Shown here: piece after piece, positions 50,087 to 59,616 of the stretch | Position numbering within the stretch: the first letter of the stretch is position 1 | Layout: every line of letters starts with the position of its first letter | Origin: an uncultured Gemmatimonadales bacterium | Lineage (GTDB): Bacteria; Gemmatimonadota; Gemmatimonadetes; Gemmatimonadales; GWC2-71-9 | Direction of reading: 5' to 3' | DNA: 64,000 nt | NCBI GenBank assembly: GCA_963748815.1 | Contig: CAVVKJ010000014.1 | Span: 128,001-192,000, forward strand | Notes under the pieces: generated by a model | The model's input: only the letters and a program-made list of their open reading frames with translations | What the model was told of the DNA's origin: nothing | Database searches by the model: none | Program-made: the position numbers and the translations under genes

Positions 50087-50565
50087 CCCGAATCGCGATC
50101 TACCCAGGTTCGTTCGACCCGCTGACCCGCGGCCACGAAGACCTCATCCGTCGGAGCCTGCTCCTGTCGGACCGGCTCATCGTGGCGGTGGCGGTCAACG
50201 TCGCGAAGCAGCCGCTCTTCACCGTCGAGGAGCGGATGGCGATGCTGCGCACCGCCGTCGGCGAGGATCCGCGGATCGAGTTCGTGGCGTTCGAGGGGCT
50301 GCTCGCCGACTTCGCCCGGCGGGTGGGGGCGTCCGTCGTGGTGCGCGGTCTCCGGGCGGTCAGTGACTTCGAGTACGAGTTCCAGATGGCCCTGATGAAC
50401 CGGCAGCTCCATCCCGCCCTCGAGACGGTGTTCCTCGTGCCGGCGCTCGACCTGACCTACCTGAGCTCCAGCCTGGTGCGCGAGGTCGCCCGGTTCGGCG
50501 GCGACATCTCCGCGCTCGTGCACCCGGCGGTCGCGGAGGCGCTCCGGGCGCGCTTCGCGAAGTGA
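50083..50565 (+). CDS. coaD: Phosphopantetheine adenylyltransferase
   Basis: [32 protein letters not shown]. Confidence 0.96.
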   Translation: MTRIAIYPGSFDPLTRGHEDLIRRSLLLSDRLIVAVAVNVAKQPLFTVEERMAMLRTAVGEDPRIEFVAFEGLLADFARRVGASVVVRGLRAVSDFEYEFQMALMNRQLHPALETVFLVPALDLTYLSSSLVREVARFGGDISALVHPAVAEALRARFAK

Positions 50566-51494
50566 GCGTGCGCGCGGACGTGCTGGCGCGGGCGCGCGCC
50601 CGGGGCGCCCGCGTCGTGCTGCCGGAGGGGAACGACCCGCGCGTGCTCGCCGCCGCACGACGACTCCGGGCGGAGGGCATCGCCGAGCCGATCGTCCTGG
50701 GGCCGGGGCAGCTGGAGCCGGCCGGCGATCCCCGGCTCGGCGCCGTCGCCGACCTGCTCCGCGCCCGCCGCCCGGACAAGGTCCGGGACGGGCTCCACGC
50801 CCTCGATCTGGCCGCGGATCCGGTGCGCTTCGGCGCCGGCCTCGTGGCGCTCGGTGAGGCCGATGCCTGTGTGGCGGGGGTGGCGCATCCGACGGCCGAT
50901 GTCCTGCGGGCCGCGCTCTGGGCCATCGGGCTGGCGCCGGGATTCCCCCTGCTGAGTTCCGCGTTCTACCTGCTCTTTCCCGACGACCGGGTCCTGACCT
51001 TCACCGATTGCGCGGTGGTGCCGAACCCCGATGCGGAGGAACTGGCGCACATCGCGCTGGCGGCCGTCGGCGACCGGCGGCGCCTCTTCGGCGACGCACC
51101 CCGGGTGGCGTTCCTCAGCTACAGCACGCACGGGAGCGCGGCGGGGTCATCGGTCGAGCTGGTGCGCGCCGCGGTGGCCCGCTTTCGCGAACTCGCGCCC
51201 GGCGTCCCCGCCGACGGCGACCTCCAGGCCGATGCGGCGCTGGTGCCGGAGATCGCGGCCGGCAAGGCGCCCGGCTCGCCGGTGGGTGGACGGGCCAACG
51301 TGCTCGTCTTCCCGAATCTCGACGCCGGCAACATCGCCTACAAGCTGGTGCAGCGCCTCGCCGGCGCCGTGGCGCTCGGGCCGATGCTCCAGGGACTGGC
51401 CCGCCCGATGGCGGACTTGTCGCGCGGGGCGACCAGCGATGATATTGTCGAGGTGGCCGCACTTGCGGTCCTGCAGGCTGAGCCAGGTTCCTGA
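50562..51494 (+). CDS. pta: Phosphate acetyl/butyryltransferase (PTA_PTB)
   Basis: [49 protein letters not shown]. Confidence 0.9.
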   Translation: MSVRADVLARARARGARVVLPEGNDPRVLAAARRLRAEGIAEPIVLGPGQLEPAGDPRLGAVADLLRARRPDKVRDGLHALDLAADPVRFGAGLVALGEADACVAGVAHPTADVLRAALWAIGLAPGFPLLSSAFYLLFPDDRVLTFTDCAVVPNPDAEELAHIALAAVGDRRRLFGDAPRVAFLSYSTHGSAAGSSVELVRAAVARFRELAPGVPADGDLQADAALVPEIAAGKAPGSPVGGRANVLVFPNLDAGNIAYKLVQRLAGAVALGPMLQGLARPMADLSRGATSDDIVEVAALAVLQAEPGS

Positions 51495-51509
51495 GGGAGG
51501 GAGTCGTTC

Positions 51510-51845
51510 ATGGCGTTCACCACGTCCAAGCATTCGACCGGAGTCCTGGTCGTCGAAGTCGAAGGCCAGCTCATCGTCGGCAACCGGCAGGAGCTGAAGG
51601 CCACCATCCAGCAGGCGCTCGACAACGGCGAGCGCAAACTGCTGGTCGACTTCGCCAAGACCGGCTACATCGACTCGTCGGGGCTCGGCGCGCTGGTCTC
51701 GATCTCGAAGAAGGTCCGCGAGCAGGGCGGGGAACTCCGCCTCAGCGGCCTCAATGAAGACCTCCGCTCGCTCTTCGAGCTGACCAAGCTCGACACCCTG
51801 TTCGCGATCGCCGACGACTCGGCGCAGGCCCTCGCCGGCTTCTGA
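51510..51845 (+). CDS. STAS-domain anti-sigma-factor antagonist
   Basis: YIDSSGLGALV; GAGGGAG SD. Confidence 0.93.
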   Translation: MAFTTSKHSTGVLVVEVEGQLIVGNRQELKATIQQALDNGERKLLVDFAKTGYIDSSGLGALVSISKKVREQGGELRLSGLNEDLRSLFELTKLDTLFAIADDSAQALAGF

Positions 51846-51852
51846 TCCGCCC

Positions 51853-52317
51853 GTGACCGCGCCGCTCCGCCTCTGCGTCCGCCGCGCCGACCGGCCCCAT
51901 CCCACCGGAATCGCCGTGGAAATTGCCCTCCGCATCCCGAGCGACGTCGCGCTGATCGAAGAAGTGGTCGAGCTGGTGGCGCGACACTGCTTCGCGGGGT
52001 GGACGCCGTCGCGGCGCATGCACTTCCGGTTCCGCGTGGCGCTCTCCGAGGCGCTCGCCAACGCCATCGTCTACGGCAACGGGCAGGAGCCCGCGCTGTG
52101 CGTCGAGGTGAAGGCGGAGTGCCTCCCCGATGCGGTCCACGTCCACGTGACCGACGAGGGACCCGGCTTCGACCCCGCCTCTGTCCGCGATCCCGTCATG
52201 CCCGACGACCTCGAGCTGCCGTGCGGACGCGGCCTCTTCCTGATTCGCAACCTGATGGACGACGTGCGATTCACTCCCCCGGGGAATTCCATCTGCATGA
52301 CCCTGCGCCGCACGTAG
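51853..52317 (+). CDS. RsbW/SpoIIAB-like anti-sigma factor/Ser kinase; start may be GTG 51916
   Basis: EALANAIVYGN, DEGPGFD, GRGLFLI. Confidence 0.88.
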   Translation: MTAPLRLCVRRADRPHPTGIAVEIALRIPSDVALIEEVVELVARHCFAGWTPSRRMHFRFRVALSEALANAIVYGNGQEPALCVEVKAECLPDAVHVHVTDEGPGFDPASVRDPVMPDDLELPCGRGLFLIRNLMDDVRFTPPGNSICMTLRRT

Positions 52318-53880
52318 AGCGGGTCGGCCCCGTCCTCGAGGCGCTCGCTGGCCTCGTCGGCGGGCGGCTCCGCGCCTGGCGGTTCGACGGGCGCCGCGTT
52401 CGTGTGGTCGGGGGCGAGGATCCCGGCTGGTCGCCCGTGGTTCCGCGGGCGCCCGGCCTGGTCGCCCACGCCCACCGGCGTCGCCTGGTTCGACGCCGTG
52501 CCCGGCGTCGAAGGGGTCTGGTTCACGCTGGAGGACCTGTCGGAGGCCGACGCGCAGGCCGCGGCCGAGCGGCTTCGGCCGGTGCTGGGCACCCTGTTCC
52601 ACACCGAGCGACGCGCCATCGAGATGGGCGCCGAGCTCGCCAACCGGTATGAGGAGATCGACCTCCTCTACAGCATCAGCGAAATCCTCGGCCAGACGAT
52701 CCACCTCGAAGAGGCGGCGCGGACCATCCTCCGGGAGGTCAGTGCCGTCGTCGCCGCCCGCCGCTCGTCCATCATGGTCTACGATGAAACCCTCGGCCGG
52801 CTCCGGGTCGTGGCCACCCGGGGGTTCCCGTCGCCCACCGAGGCGACCGTCCCGCCGACCGACCCCGAGTCGGTCGCGGCCCGCGCGTTCCGCGAGCGAC
52901 GGCTGGTCGAGAATCCCCCGGGAGCCGACGGCGTCGGCGGGCCGCGCGGCTACCGGGGCGGCGCCTATCTCTCCGTGCCGATCATCTACGCCGCGCCGGG
53001 CGGGGCCTCGCGCTGCGTCGGCGTCATCAACCTCACCGACCGCCTGGGCGCCGACGCCTTCGAGCCGGGACACCGCAAGCTCGTCACCGCCGTCGCCAAC
53101 CAGGTCGGTGCCGCCGTCGAGAACGCCCGGCTCGTCGTCCGCGACCTCCAGCAGCAGCGGCTGCGGCGCGAACTGGAACTGGCGCACGACCTCCAGCTCA
53201 AGCTGATGCCGTCGCCCGCGGAACTCGCCGGCGACGCCGAGGTGGCGGCGCGCTGCCTCCCGGCGGAATCGGTCGGCGGCGACTTCTACACCTTCAACCG
53301 CTTCGGGCGCGGCCGGGTCGGCGTGATGCTCGGCGACGTCTCCTCGCACGGCTTCGGGGCGGCGCTCGTGATGGCGATGGTCATCGCGGCCGCGGGCATT
53401 CACGCCGGCGGTTCCGCGACGCCCGACGAGACGCTCGAGCGCCTCCTCGACAGCATCGAGGAGGACCTGGCGAGCACCGAGATGTACCTCACGGTGTTCT
53501 ACGGCGTGCTCGATCCCCGCGCCGCCCAGCTCTCGTATGCCAGCGCGGGCCACCCGCACGCCTGGCGCATTCCCGCCACGGGGGCGGCCGAGCGCCTCGA
53601 GGCCACCGCGCCGCCCCTCGGCCTCGCCGCACGGGGGAACATCGAGTTGCGGCAGGTGCCCTGGGCCATGCACTCCGACCTGCTCTGCCTCTGCACCGAC
53701 GGCCTCCTCGACGCGCGCGATCCGGAGGGGGAGGCGTTCGGCGAGGCCCGGCTCCTGGCAGGGATCGAGGCGCGGCGCGACCTCCCCCCCGAGGAGATGG
53801 TCGCCGCGCTGATCGCCGAGGTGAGCGCGTTCGCGCCGCATCCCGCGGACGACATCACCCTCCTGATCCTGCGGATCTGA
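52293..53880 (+). CDS. GAF + SpoIIE (PP2C) phosphatase; start uncertain, probable +1 frameshift near 52463
   Basis: GAF region; VGGDFY, GDVSSHG, SAGHP, TDGL, DDITL; N-terminal coding-like sequence lies in the adjacent frame. Confidence 0.85.
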
Positions 53881-53883
53881 TCG

Positions 53884-54681
53884 GTGTCGAGACCGAAGCG
53901 CCGGCTGGGTCAGCATTTCCTGCACGACCCCCGCATCCTGAACCGGCTCGCCGAGGCGATCGGCGCCACGCCGGCCGATACCGTCCTCGAAATCGGGCCG
54001 GGGCCCGGCGGACTCACCGAGGCGCTGCTCCAGTATGCGGGGCGGGTGGTGGCCATCGAGAAGGACGCCGAGATCCTTCCGGCGCTCCGGCTCCGGGTGC
54101 CCGGCGCCACGGTGATCGAGGGAGACGCGCTGGACATGGACTGGACGGCGCTGGTGGGTGGTCCGGGGGGGCTGGTCACCGGCAACATTCCCTACAACAT
54201 CACCTCGCTGCTCCTCGACAAGGCGTTGACGCCGCCACGCCCCCGCCGGATCGTCTTCCTGGTGCAGAAAGAGGTGGCGCTCCGGGTGGGTGCGGCGCCG
54301 GGCACGAAGGACTACGGTGCGCTCACCGTCGGCATCCAGGCGGTGGCGACGACCGCCGTGCTGTTCACCGTGCCGGCGGGCGCCTTCCATCCGGCGCCGA
54401 AGGTGGACAGCGCGGCGCTCCGGCTGGAGCCGCTGGCGAGCCCGCTCGTCGCCGACGACCAGGTGCGGAGTTTTCGCTCGGCCGTGGTCGGTCTCTTCAG
54501 CTTCCGCCGAAAGCAACTGTTGCGCGCCGTTCGGGAGCTGACGGGGTGGGACGCCGCGGCGGCCTCCCGCGTGGTGGAGGGTGCGGAGCTGGTGCCGACG
54601 GTCCGGCCGGAAATGCTCTCGCCGGCGGAGTTTCTCCGGCTGCACGCGCGACTCGTTGACGGTGGGTGGCGACCTGACTAG
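53884..54681 (+). CDS. rsmA: 16S rRNA dimethyladenosine transferase
   Basis: LGQHFL, EIGPGPG, GNIPYNIT, QKEVA, FHPAPKVDS. Confidence 0.95.
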   Translation: MSRPKRRLGQHFLHDPRILNRLAEAIGATPADTVLEIGPGPGGLTEALLQYAGRVVAIEKDAEILPALRLRVPGATVIEGDALDMDWTALVGGPGGLVTGNIPYNITSLLLDKALTPPRPRRIVFLVQKEVALRVGAAPGTKDYGALTVGIQAVATTAVLFTVPAGAFHPAPKVDSAALRLEPLASPLVADDQVRSFRSAVVGLFSFRRKQLLRAVRELTGWDAAAASRVVEGAELVPTVRPEMLSPAEFLRLHARLVDGGWRPD

Positions 54682-54683
54682 CT

Positions 54684-54701
54684 TTGTGAAACATTTCACA
54701 A
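54684..54701. promoter_or_regulatory. Rex operator
   Basis: TTGTGAA-ACAT-TTCACAA, perfect consensus, 10 nt upstream of the rex ATG. Confidence 0.9.
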
Positions 54702-54711
54702 TGCTAGGTTC

Positions 54712-55335
54712 ATGCGGAAAATCGCCGATAGCACCGTCCGACGACTCTCGCTCTACCTCCGATTCCTGGAGGAGTTCGAGGGGCAGGGCATCGAAACCAT
54801 CAGTTCCGGGGCGCTCGCCGGTCGCGGGGGGACCACGTCCGCGCAGGTGCGGAAGGACCTCTCCTTCTTCGGGTCGTTCGGCAAGCGCGGACTCGGGTAT
54901 TCCGTCCCGGAACTGGTGCAGGCGCTCCGTCAGATTCTCGGGCTCACGCGGCACTACCGCGTGGCGTTGATCGGCGCCGGGAAGATCGGGAGCGCCCTGG
55001 TGCAGAATCGCGGGTTCCGGCGGCGCGGCTTCGATTTCGTGGCGATCTTCGACCGCGACCCCGCCAAGATCGGGCAGACCCTCGGCGGCGTGCGCGTCGA
55101 GGACGTCGGGCATCTCGAGGCCAGCCTGGCCCGCAGTCCCGCCGACATTGCCGTCCTCGTCACCCCGCCCGAAGTCGCGCAGTCGGTGGCGGACCGTCTC
55201 GTCGGGCTCGGCATCAAGTCCATCCTCAATTTCGCCCCGCTCCAGCTCGCGGTGCCCGCCGATGTGACGGTCAAGACCGTCAACCTCGCGCTCGAGCTCG
55301 AGGCCCTGGCCTACCACCTGGCGAACCCGAACTAG
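54712..55335 (+). CDS. rex: Redox-sensing transcriptional repressor Rex
   Basis: RRLSLY, QVRKDLSFFG..GKRGLGY, GAGKIG, ILNFAP. Confidence 0.96.
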   Translation: MRKIADSTVRRLSLYLRFLEEFEGQGIETISSGALAGRGGTTSAQVRKDLSFFGSFGKRGLGYSVPELVQALRQILGLTRHYRVALIGAGKIGSALVQNRGFRRRGFDFVAIFDRDPAKIGQTLGGVRVEDVGHLEASLARSPADIAVLVTPPEVAQSVADRLVGLGIKSILNFAPLQLAVPADVTVKTVNLALELEALAYHLANPN

Positions 55336-56112
55336 GTGACCGGACTCACCGCCCATCCCGCCTCGACCCTGGCCGACCGCGCGCTGGCGTTGCTGGCGGC
55401 GGGACCGGCAGACGCGTCGGTGCTCGCGCGGGATGTCATGGGACTCGCCGCCGCGCCGCCGGCGGTGGCCGCCCGCCTGGCCGTCGCGCTCCTCGGCGCC
55501 GACCCGCGCGTCCGGCAGCTCGACGATGGCCGCTGGGCGCTGGCGGGGGGCGCGCACCAGTCCCCCGCGCTCGCGACCTGCACCTTCGCGGTGGTGGACG
55601 TCGAAACCACGGGGATGCGCGCCGCCGGGGACGACCGGATCACGGACATCGCCGTGGTCCTGGTGCAGGGTGACCGCACCGAGCTGGTCTTCGATTCGCT
55701 GATCAACCCCGGCTGCCCGATCTCGCCCCAGATTACCGCCCTCACCGGCATCGACGACGCGATGGTCGCGGGCGCGCCGACCTTCGACATGGCCGCGGAC
55801 GCGGTGCTCGCGGCGCTCGCCGGGCGGGTGTTCGTGGCGCACAACGTCCGCTTCGACTGGGGTTTCGTCGACGCTGAACTGCGCCGGAACCGCGGCCTCG
55901 CGCTCGATGGCCCCCGACTCTGCACCGTGAAGATGTCGCGCCGGCTCGTCCATGGCCTGACCTCCCACGCCCTCGATCACGTCACCGCGCACTTCAACCT
56001 CGACAACGGCGCCCGGCACCGGGCCGCGGGGGACGCGCTGGTGACGGCGGAGATCCTGCGGCGGCTGCTGGCGATGGCCATGGATCAGGGCGCCACAACA
56101 CTTGACGACTGA
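55336..56112 (+). CDS. DnaQ-like 3'-5' exonuclease (DEDDh) with N-terminal extension
   Basis: VDVETTG, VAHNVRFD, HRAAGDA. Confidence 0.88.
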   Translation: MTGLTAHPASTLADRALALLAAGPADASVLARDVMGLAAAPPAVAARLAVALLGADPRVRQLDDGRWALAGGAHQSPALATCTFAVVDVETTGMRAAGDDRITDIAVVLVQGDRTELVFDSLINPGCPISPQITALTGIDDAMVAGAPTFDMAADAVLAALAGRVFVAHNVRFDWGFVDAELRRNRGLALDGPRLCTVKMSRRLVHGLTSHALDHVTAHFNLDNGARHRAAGDALVTAEILRRLLAMAMDQGATTLDD

Positions 56113-56164
56113 TCTTGCAATTGCCGGCGGCGGAACGCGGGGACGCGCGGTGACAGCCGTTCTG

Positions 56165-56211
56165 CTGCCCGCTGCCCCGCTGCCTCGCTCCCCGCTTCCC
56201 CGCTTCCCCGC
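56165..56211 (+). repeat. Degenerate octamer tandem (CGCTKCCC)n, reverse complement of the 6.1-kb repeat
   Basis: ctgcccgctgccccgctgcctcgctccccgcttccccgcttccccgc. Confidence 0.7.
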
Positions 56212-56224
56212 CTATCTTTCATGC

Positions 56225-57130
56225 ATGCCCCTGACCCACTCCTTCTCCGTCGGCTCCCTCCGCTGCCACACCCTCGAGGCCGGCCTCCAGCGGCTCGACG
56301 GCGGCGCGATGTTCGGCGTCGTCCCCCGGACCCTCTGGACCCGGCGGATCGAGCCGGACGATCGCAACCGCATTCCGCTCGCCATGCGGTGCGTGCTGGT
56401 GGAGCACCCCGACGGGCTGGTGCTGATCGACACCGGGCTGGGGAACAAGGAGGAGAAGAAGTTCCTCGACATCTACGGCGTCGAGAACGCCGGCAAGCCG
56501 GGTCCCACCTGCCTCGAGGACGCGCTCCGCGAGCTCGGCCACCGGCCGCGGGACATCGCCTGGGTCATCAACACCCACCTGCACTTCGACCACGCCGGCG
56601 GCAACACGACGGCGGAGGCGGTGCCGGGCGGGGGCCGCGACGTGAAGCTCACCTTTCCCAAGGCGACGTACGTCGTGCAGCGCGGGGAGCTGGCGTTTGC
56701 GCGGCACACCAACGAGCGGACCCGGGCCAGCTACCTGCCGCCCAACTTCGAACCGGTGGACCGGGCGCGGAAGTGGAAGTTGATCGAGGGCGACACCGAG
56801 ATTCTTCCCGGAATCGCCGCCCGGGTCACCCCGGGGCACGTGCCGTGGCACCAGTCCATCGTCCTCCATTCACAGGGGGAGACCGCCCTCTTCCTGGGGG
56901 ACCTGGTCCCGACCGCCGCCCACCTTCCCCTGCCCTGGATCATGGGGTACGACCTGGAGCCCCTCCGGACCCTCGAGTCGAAGCGGGGCATCCTGGGCGA
57001 GGCGGTGGCCGGGGCGTGGCGGCTGATTTTCGAGCACGACCCGGTGATCGCGATGGGCCGGGCGGTGAAGGGGGCGGCCGGGGCCGACCTCGCCGACGAG
57101 GTGCGGGCCCCCACGTGGAGCCCCGCTTGA
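56225..57130 (+). CDS. MBL-fold metallo-hydrolase (YtnP-like)
   Basis: LDGGAMFGVVP, THLHFDHAGG, RASY, TPGH, MGYDLEP, FEHD. Confidence 0.9.
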   Translation: MPLTHSFSVGSLRCHTLEAGLQRLDGGAMFGVVPRTLWTRRIEPDDRNRIPLAMRCVLVEHPDGLVLIDTGLGNKEEKKFLDIYGVENAGKPGPTCLEDALRELGHRPRDIAWVINTHLHFDHAGGNTTAEAVPGGGRDVKLTFPKATYVVQRGELAFARHTNERTRASYLPPNFEPVDRARKWKLIEGDTEILPGIAARVTPGHVPWHQSIVLHSQGETALFLGDLVPTAAHLPLPWIMGYDLEPLRTLESKRGILGEAVAGAWRLIFEHDPVIAMGRAVKGAAGADLADEVRAPTWSPA

Positions 57131-57155
57131 CATAATCGGCTGTCCCGTCTAGACT
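57127..57155 (+). promoter_or_regulatory. Sigma70 promoter of the infC operon
   Basis: TTGACA-N17-TAGACT. Confidence 0.85.
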
Positions 57156-57161
57156 TTGGGC

Positions 57162-57300
57162 ACTTGAAGCGGGGGAGGATCCCCCCACCCTGAGCCCGGC
57201 AGCGCGCCGGCGTGACCGGGTCCCGAGGTCGTCATCCGGCAGGATTCTTCAGCCGTGGCGCACGTGGACATCCGTCATCTCAGGATGTCCTTTTTCTTTT
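57162..57300 (+). promoter_or_regulatory. Structured 5' leader ending in an intrinsic terminator (candidate L20-leader-type attenuator)
   Basis: About 155-nt leader; GGACATCC-N9-GGATGTCC-TTTTTCTTTT at 57266-57300, just before the infC SD. Confidence 0.6.
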
Positions 57301-57319
57301 CCTGGCCGGAGGCGTTCCA

Positions 57320-57838
57320 CTGTCCACAGACCGCGACAAGCGCGTACGCGTCAACCGTCAGATCCGGATCAGTCCGGTGCGGGTCATCACGGCAGAGGGG
57401 GAGCAGCTGGGCGTGCTTCCGATCGAGGAGGCGCTCGCCGCCGCCCAGGATCGGGGTCTCGACCTGGTGGAAGTCGCACCGACCGCCCGGCCCCCGGTCG
57501 TCAAGATCATGGACTACGGGAAGTTCAAGTTCGAGGAAGCCAAGGCGGCGCGCGCGGCCAAGAAGAAGCAGCACGTGATTCAGCTGAAGGAAGTGAAGTA
57601 CCGGCCCGGCATCGACGACCACGACTTTGATTTCAAGACCCGCCACGCCCGCGAATTCCTGGGCGACGGCAACAAGGTGAAGGTCACGCTGATGTTCCGG
57701 GGCCGCCAACTGGCCCACATCGACCTGGGCCGCGCGGTGCTCGACCGGGTCATCGCCGCCCTGGCGGACGTCGGCAAGGTCGAAATGGATGCGAAGCTCG
57801 AAGGCCGCAACATGACGATGGTGATCGCGCCCAAGTAA
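57320..57838 (+). CDS. infC: Translation initiation factor IF-3 with non-canonical CTG start
   Basis: GGAGG 57308-57312, then CTG 57320; RVNRQI, LDLVEVAP, MDYGKFKF, KVKVTLMFRGR. Confidence 0.93.
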   Translation: MSTDRDKRVRVNRQIRISPVRVITAEGEQLGVLPIEEALAAAQDRGLDLVEVAPTARPPVVKIMDYGKFKFEEAKAARAAKKKQHVIQLKEVKYRPGIDDHDFDFKTRHAREFLGDGNKVKVTLMFRGRQLAHIDLGRAVLDRVIAALADVGKVEMDAKLEGRNMTMVIAPK

Positions 57839-57868
57839 CGGCGCATGATTTCGAAAGGGTAGCGCGTT

Positions 57869-58063
57869 ATGCCGAAGATGAAGACCAAGCGGGCCGCCAT
57901 GAAGCGGTTCAAGAAGACGGGGTCGGGGAAGCTCAAGCGCTTCCACGCCAACCACAGTCACATTCTGACCAAGAAGAGCCGGAAGCGGAAGAACAAGCTG
58001 AAGAAGGTGGCCTACGTGAGTTCGGCCGACTTCCCACGCGTCAGCCGCCTCCTCCAGGCGTAA
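57869..58063 (+). CDS. rpmI: 50S ribosomal protein L35
   Basis: [22 protein letters not shown]. Confidence 0.97.
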   Translation: MPKMKTKRAAMKRFKKTGSGKLKRFHANHSHILTKKSRKRKNKLKKVAYVSSADFPRVSRLLQA

Positions 58064-58073
58064 GGGAGATACC

Positions 58074-58457
58074 ATGCCTCGCGTAAAGAACGGTCCCGCG
58101 CATCACGCCCGGAAGAAGAAGATCATGAAGGCCGCCAAGGGTGGCTTTCAGTCGCGCAGCAAGCTGTACAAGGCCGCCAAGGAAAACGTCGAGCGCGGCC
58201 TGGCGTACGCCTACCGCGACCGGCGCAAGAAGAAGAGCGAGTTCCGCGCGCTCTGGATCACGCGCATCAACGCCGCGGCCCGGCAGCACGGCCTCAGCTA
58301 CAGCCGCTTCATGGACGCGCTCAAGCACGCCGGCGTCGAGGTGAACCGCAAGGTGCTCGCCGACCTGGCCGTCCGCGACGCCGACGCGTTTGCCGCCATC
58401 GCCGAGGTGGCGAAGGCGCACGTTGCCAAGGCCGAGGTGGCCAAGGCCGCCAGCTAA
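58074..58457 (+). CDS. rplT: 50S ribosomal protein L20
   Basis: [35 protein letters not shown]. Confidence 0.97.
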   Translation: MPRVKNGPAHHARKKKIMKAAKGGFQSRSKLYKAAKENVERGLAYAYRDRRKKKSEFRALWITRINAAARQHGLSYSRFMDALKHAGVEVNRKVLADLAVRDADAFAAIAEVAKAHVAKAEVAKAAS

Positions 58458-58484
58458 GCGCCGCGCTCCAGGGTTCGGTCGCGC

Positions 58485-58526
58485 GTGGGGCCGGTCGCCA
58501 TGCGCGTCCGGCCCCACTGCCGTTTT
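58485..58526 (+). terminator. Hairpin after rplT
   Basis: GTGGGGCCGG...CCGGCCCCAC followed by TGCCGTTTT. Confidence 0.55.
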
Positions 58527-58551
58527 CACTCCTGCTACCACCGGATTCGCA

Positions 58552-59616
58552 ATGGCCGAGTCCCACCCACAGTCGCTGCTGGACGCGCTCCGCCCCCGCC
58601 TCGCGGCGGTGCCGGAGCTCGACGCGGCCGCCCTCGAGGCGGAGCAGATTGCCGTGCTCGGACGGAAGAGCGGGGCGCTGACCGCCCTGCTCCGGTCGCT
58701 GGCGGCGCTGCCGCCCGAGGAGCGGAAGGCGGTCGGCGCGGCGGCCAACGAGCTCCGCCAGGCGTTCGAGGCGGCGTTCGACGCCCGGGCGGCGGCCCTC
58801 GCCACCGAGTCCGGCCCGGCGGCCGCCGGGCTCGACCTCACCATGCCGGGCCGCCGGCGCTGGGTCGGCGCGGAGCATCCCGTCACCAAGGTGGTGAACG
58901 AGATCTGCGAGATCTTCCACGGCCTCGGCTTCAATCGGGCCGTGGGCCCCGAGGCCGAAACCGAGTGGATGAACTTCGGCGCCCTGAACTTCCCCGCCGA
59001 CCACCCCGCGATGGACATGCACGACACCTTCTACCTCGACGTGGGGGGCGACGCCCGCCCCGGCGACGGGAAGGCGGTGCTCCTGCGCACCCACACCTCG
59101 CCGGTGCAGGTCCGCACGATGATGGGCGGCCCGCCGCCCTATCGCGTCGTCATCCCCGGCGTCGTCTATCGCAAGGACCCCTTCGACCCCTCCCACGCGC
59201 CGGTCTTCGCCCAGATCGAGGGGCTGGCGGTGGACGAGGGCATCTCCTTCGTCGACCTGAAGGGCACGCTGCTCCACTTCGCCCGGCAGTTCTTCTCGCC
59301 GAGCACCAAGGTGCGCTTCCGGCCGTCGTTCTTCCCGTTCACCGAACCGTCGGCCGAGATGGACGTCTCCTGCTACCTCTGCGGCGGGAGCGGCTGTTCC
59401 GCCTGCAAGGGCACCGGCTGGATGGAAATTCTCGGCTGCGGCATGGTGCACCCCACGGTGCTCGAGAACTGCGGCGTCGACGCCGAGCGGTACACCGGGT
59501 TCGCCTTCGGGATGGGCCCGCAGCGCATCGCCATGCAACGCTACGGCGTGCCCGACATCCGGCTCCTCTACGAGGGCGACATGCGCTTCCTCGGCCAGAT
59601 GGGACGGGCGCCGTGA
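58552..59616 (+). CDS. pheS: Phenylalanine-tRNA ligase alpha subunit
   Basis: HPAMDMHDTF, LRTHTSPVQ, FRPSFFPFTEPS, GCGMVHP, GFAFGMG. Confidence 0.97.
   Translation: MAESHPQSLLDALRPRLAAVPELDAAALEAEQIAVLGRKSGALTALLRSLAALPPEERKAVGAAANELRQAFEAAFDARAAALATESGPAAAGLDLTMPGRRRWVGAEHPVTKVVNEICEIFHGLGFNRAVGPEAETEWMNFGALNFPADHPAMDMHDTFYLDVGGDARPGDGKAVLLRTHTSPVQVRTMMGGPPPYRVVIPGVVYRKDPFDPSHAPVFAQIEGLAVDEGISFVDLKGTLLHFARQFFSPSTKVRFRPSFFPFTEPSAEMDVSCYLCGGSGCSACKGTGWMEILGCGMVHPTVLENCGVDAERYTGFAFGMGPQRIAMQRYGVPDIRLLYEGDMRFLGQMGRAP

Noticed and set aside
57212..57319. GTG 57212 as the infC start
   Set aside because: It would translate through the leader terminator hairpin; IF3 similarity begins only after the SD at 57308.
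58458..58551. T-box or pheM-type attenuator before pheS
   Set aside because: Only 94 nt; no T-box motif or Phe-rich leader peptide, just one hairpin.
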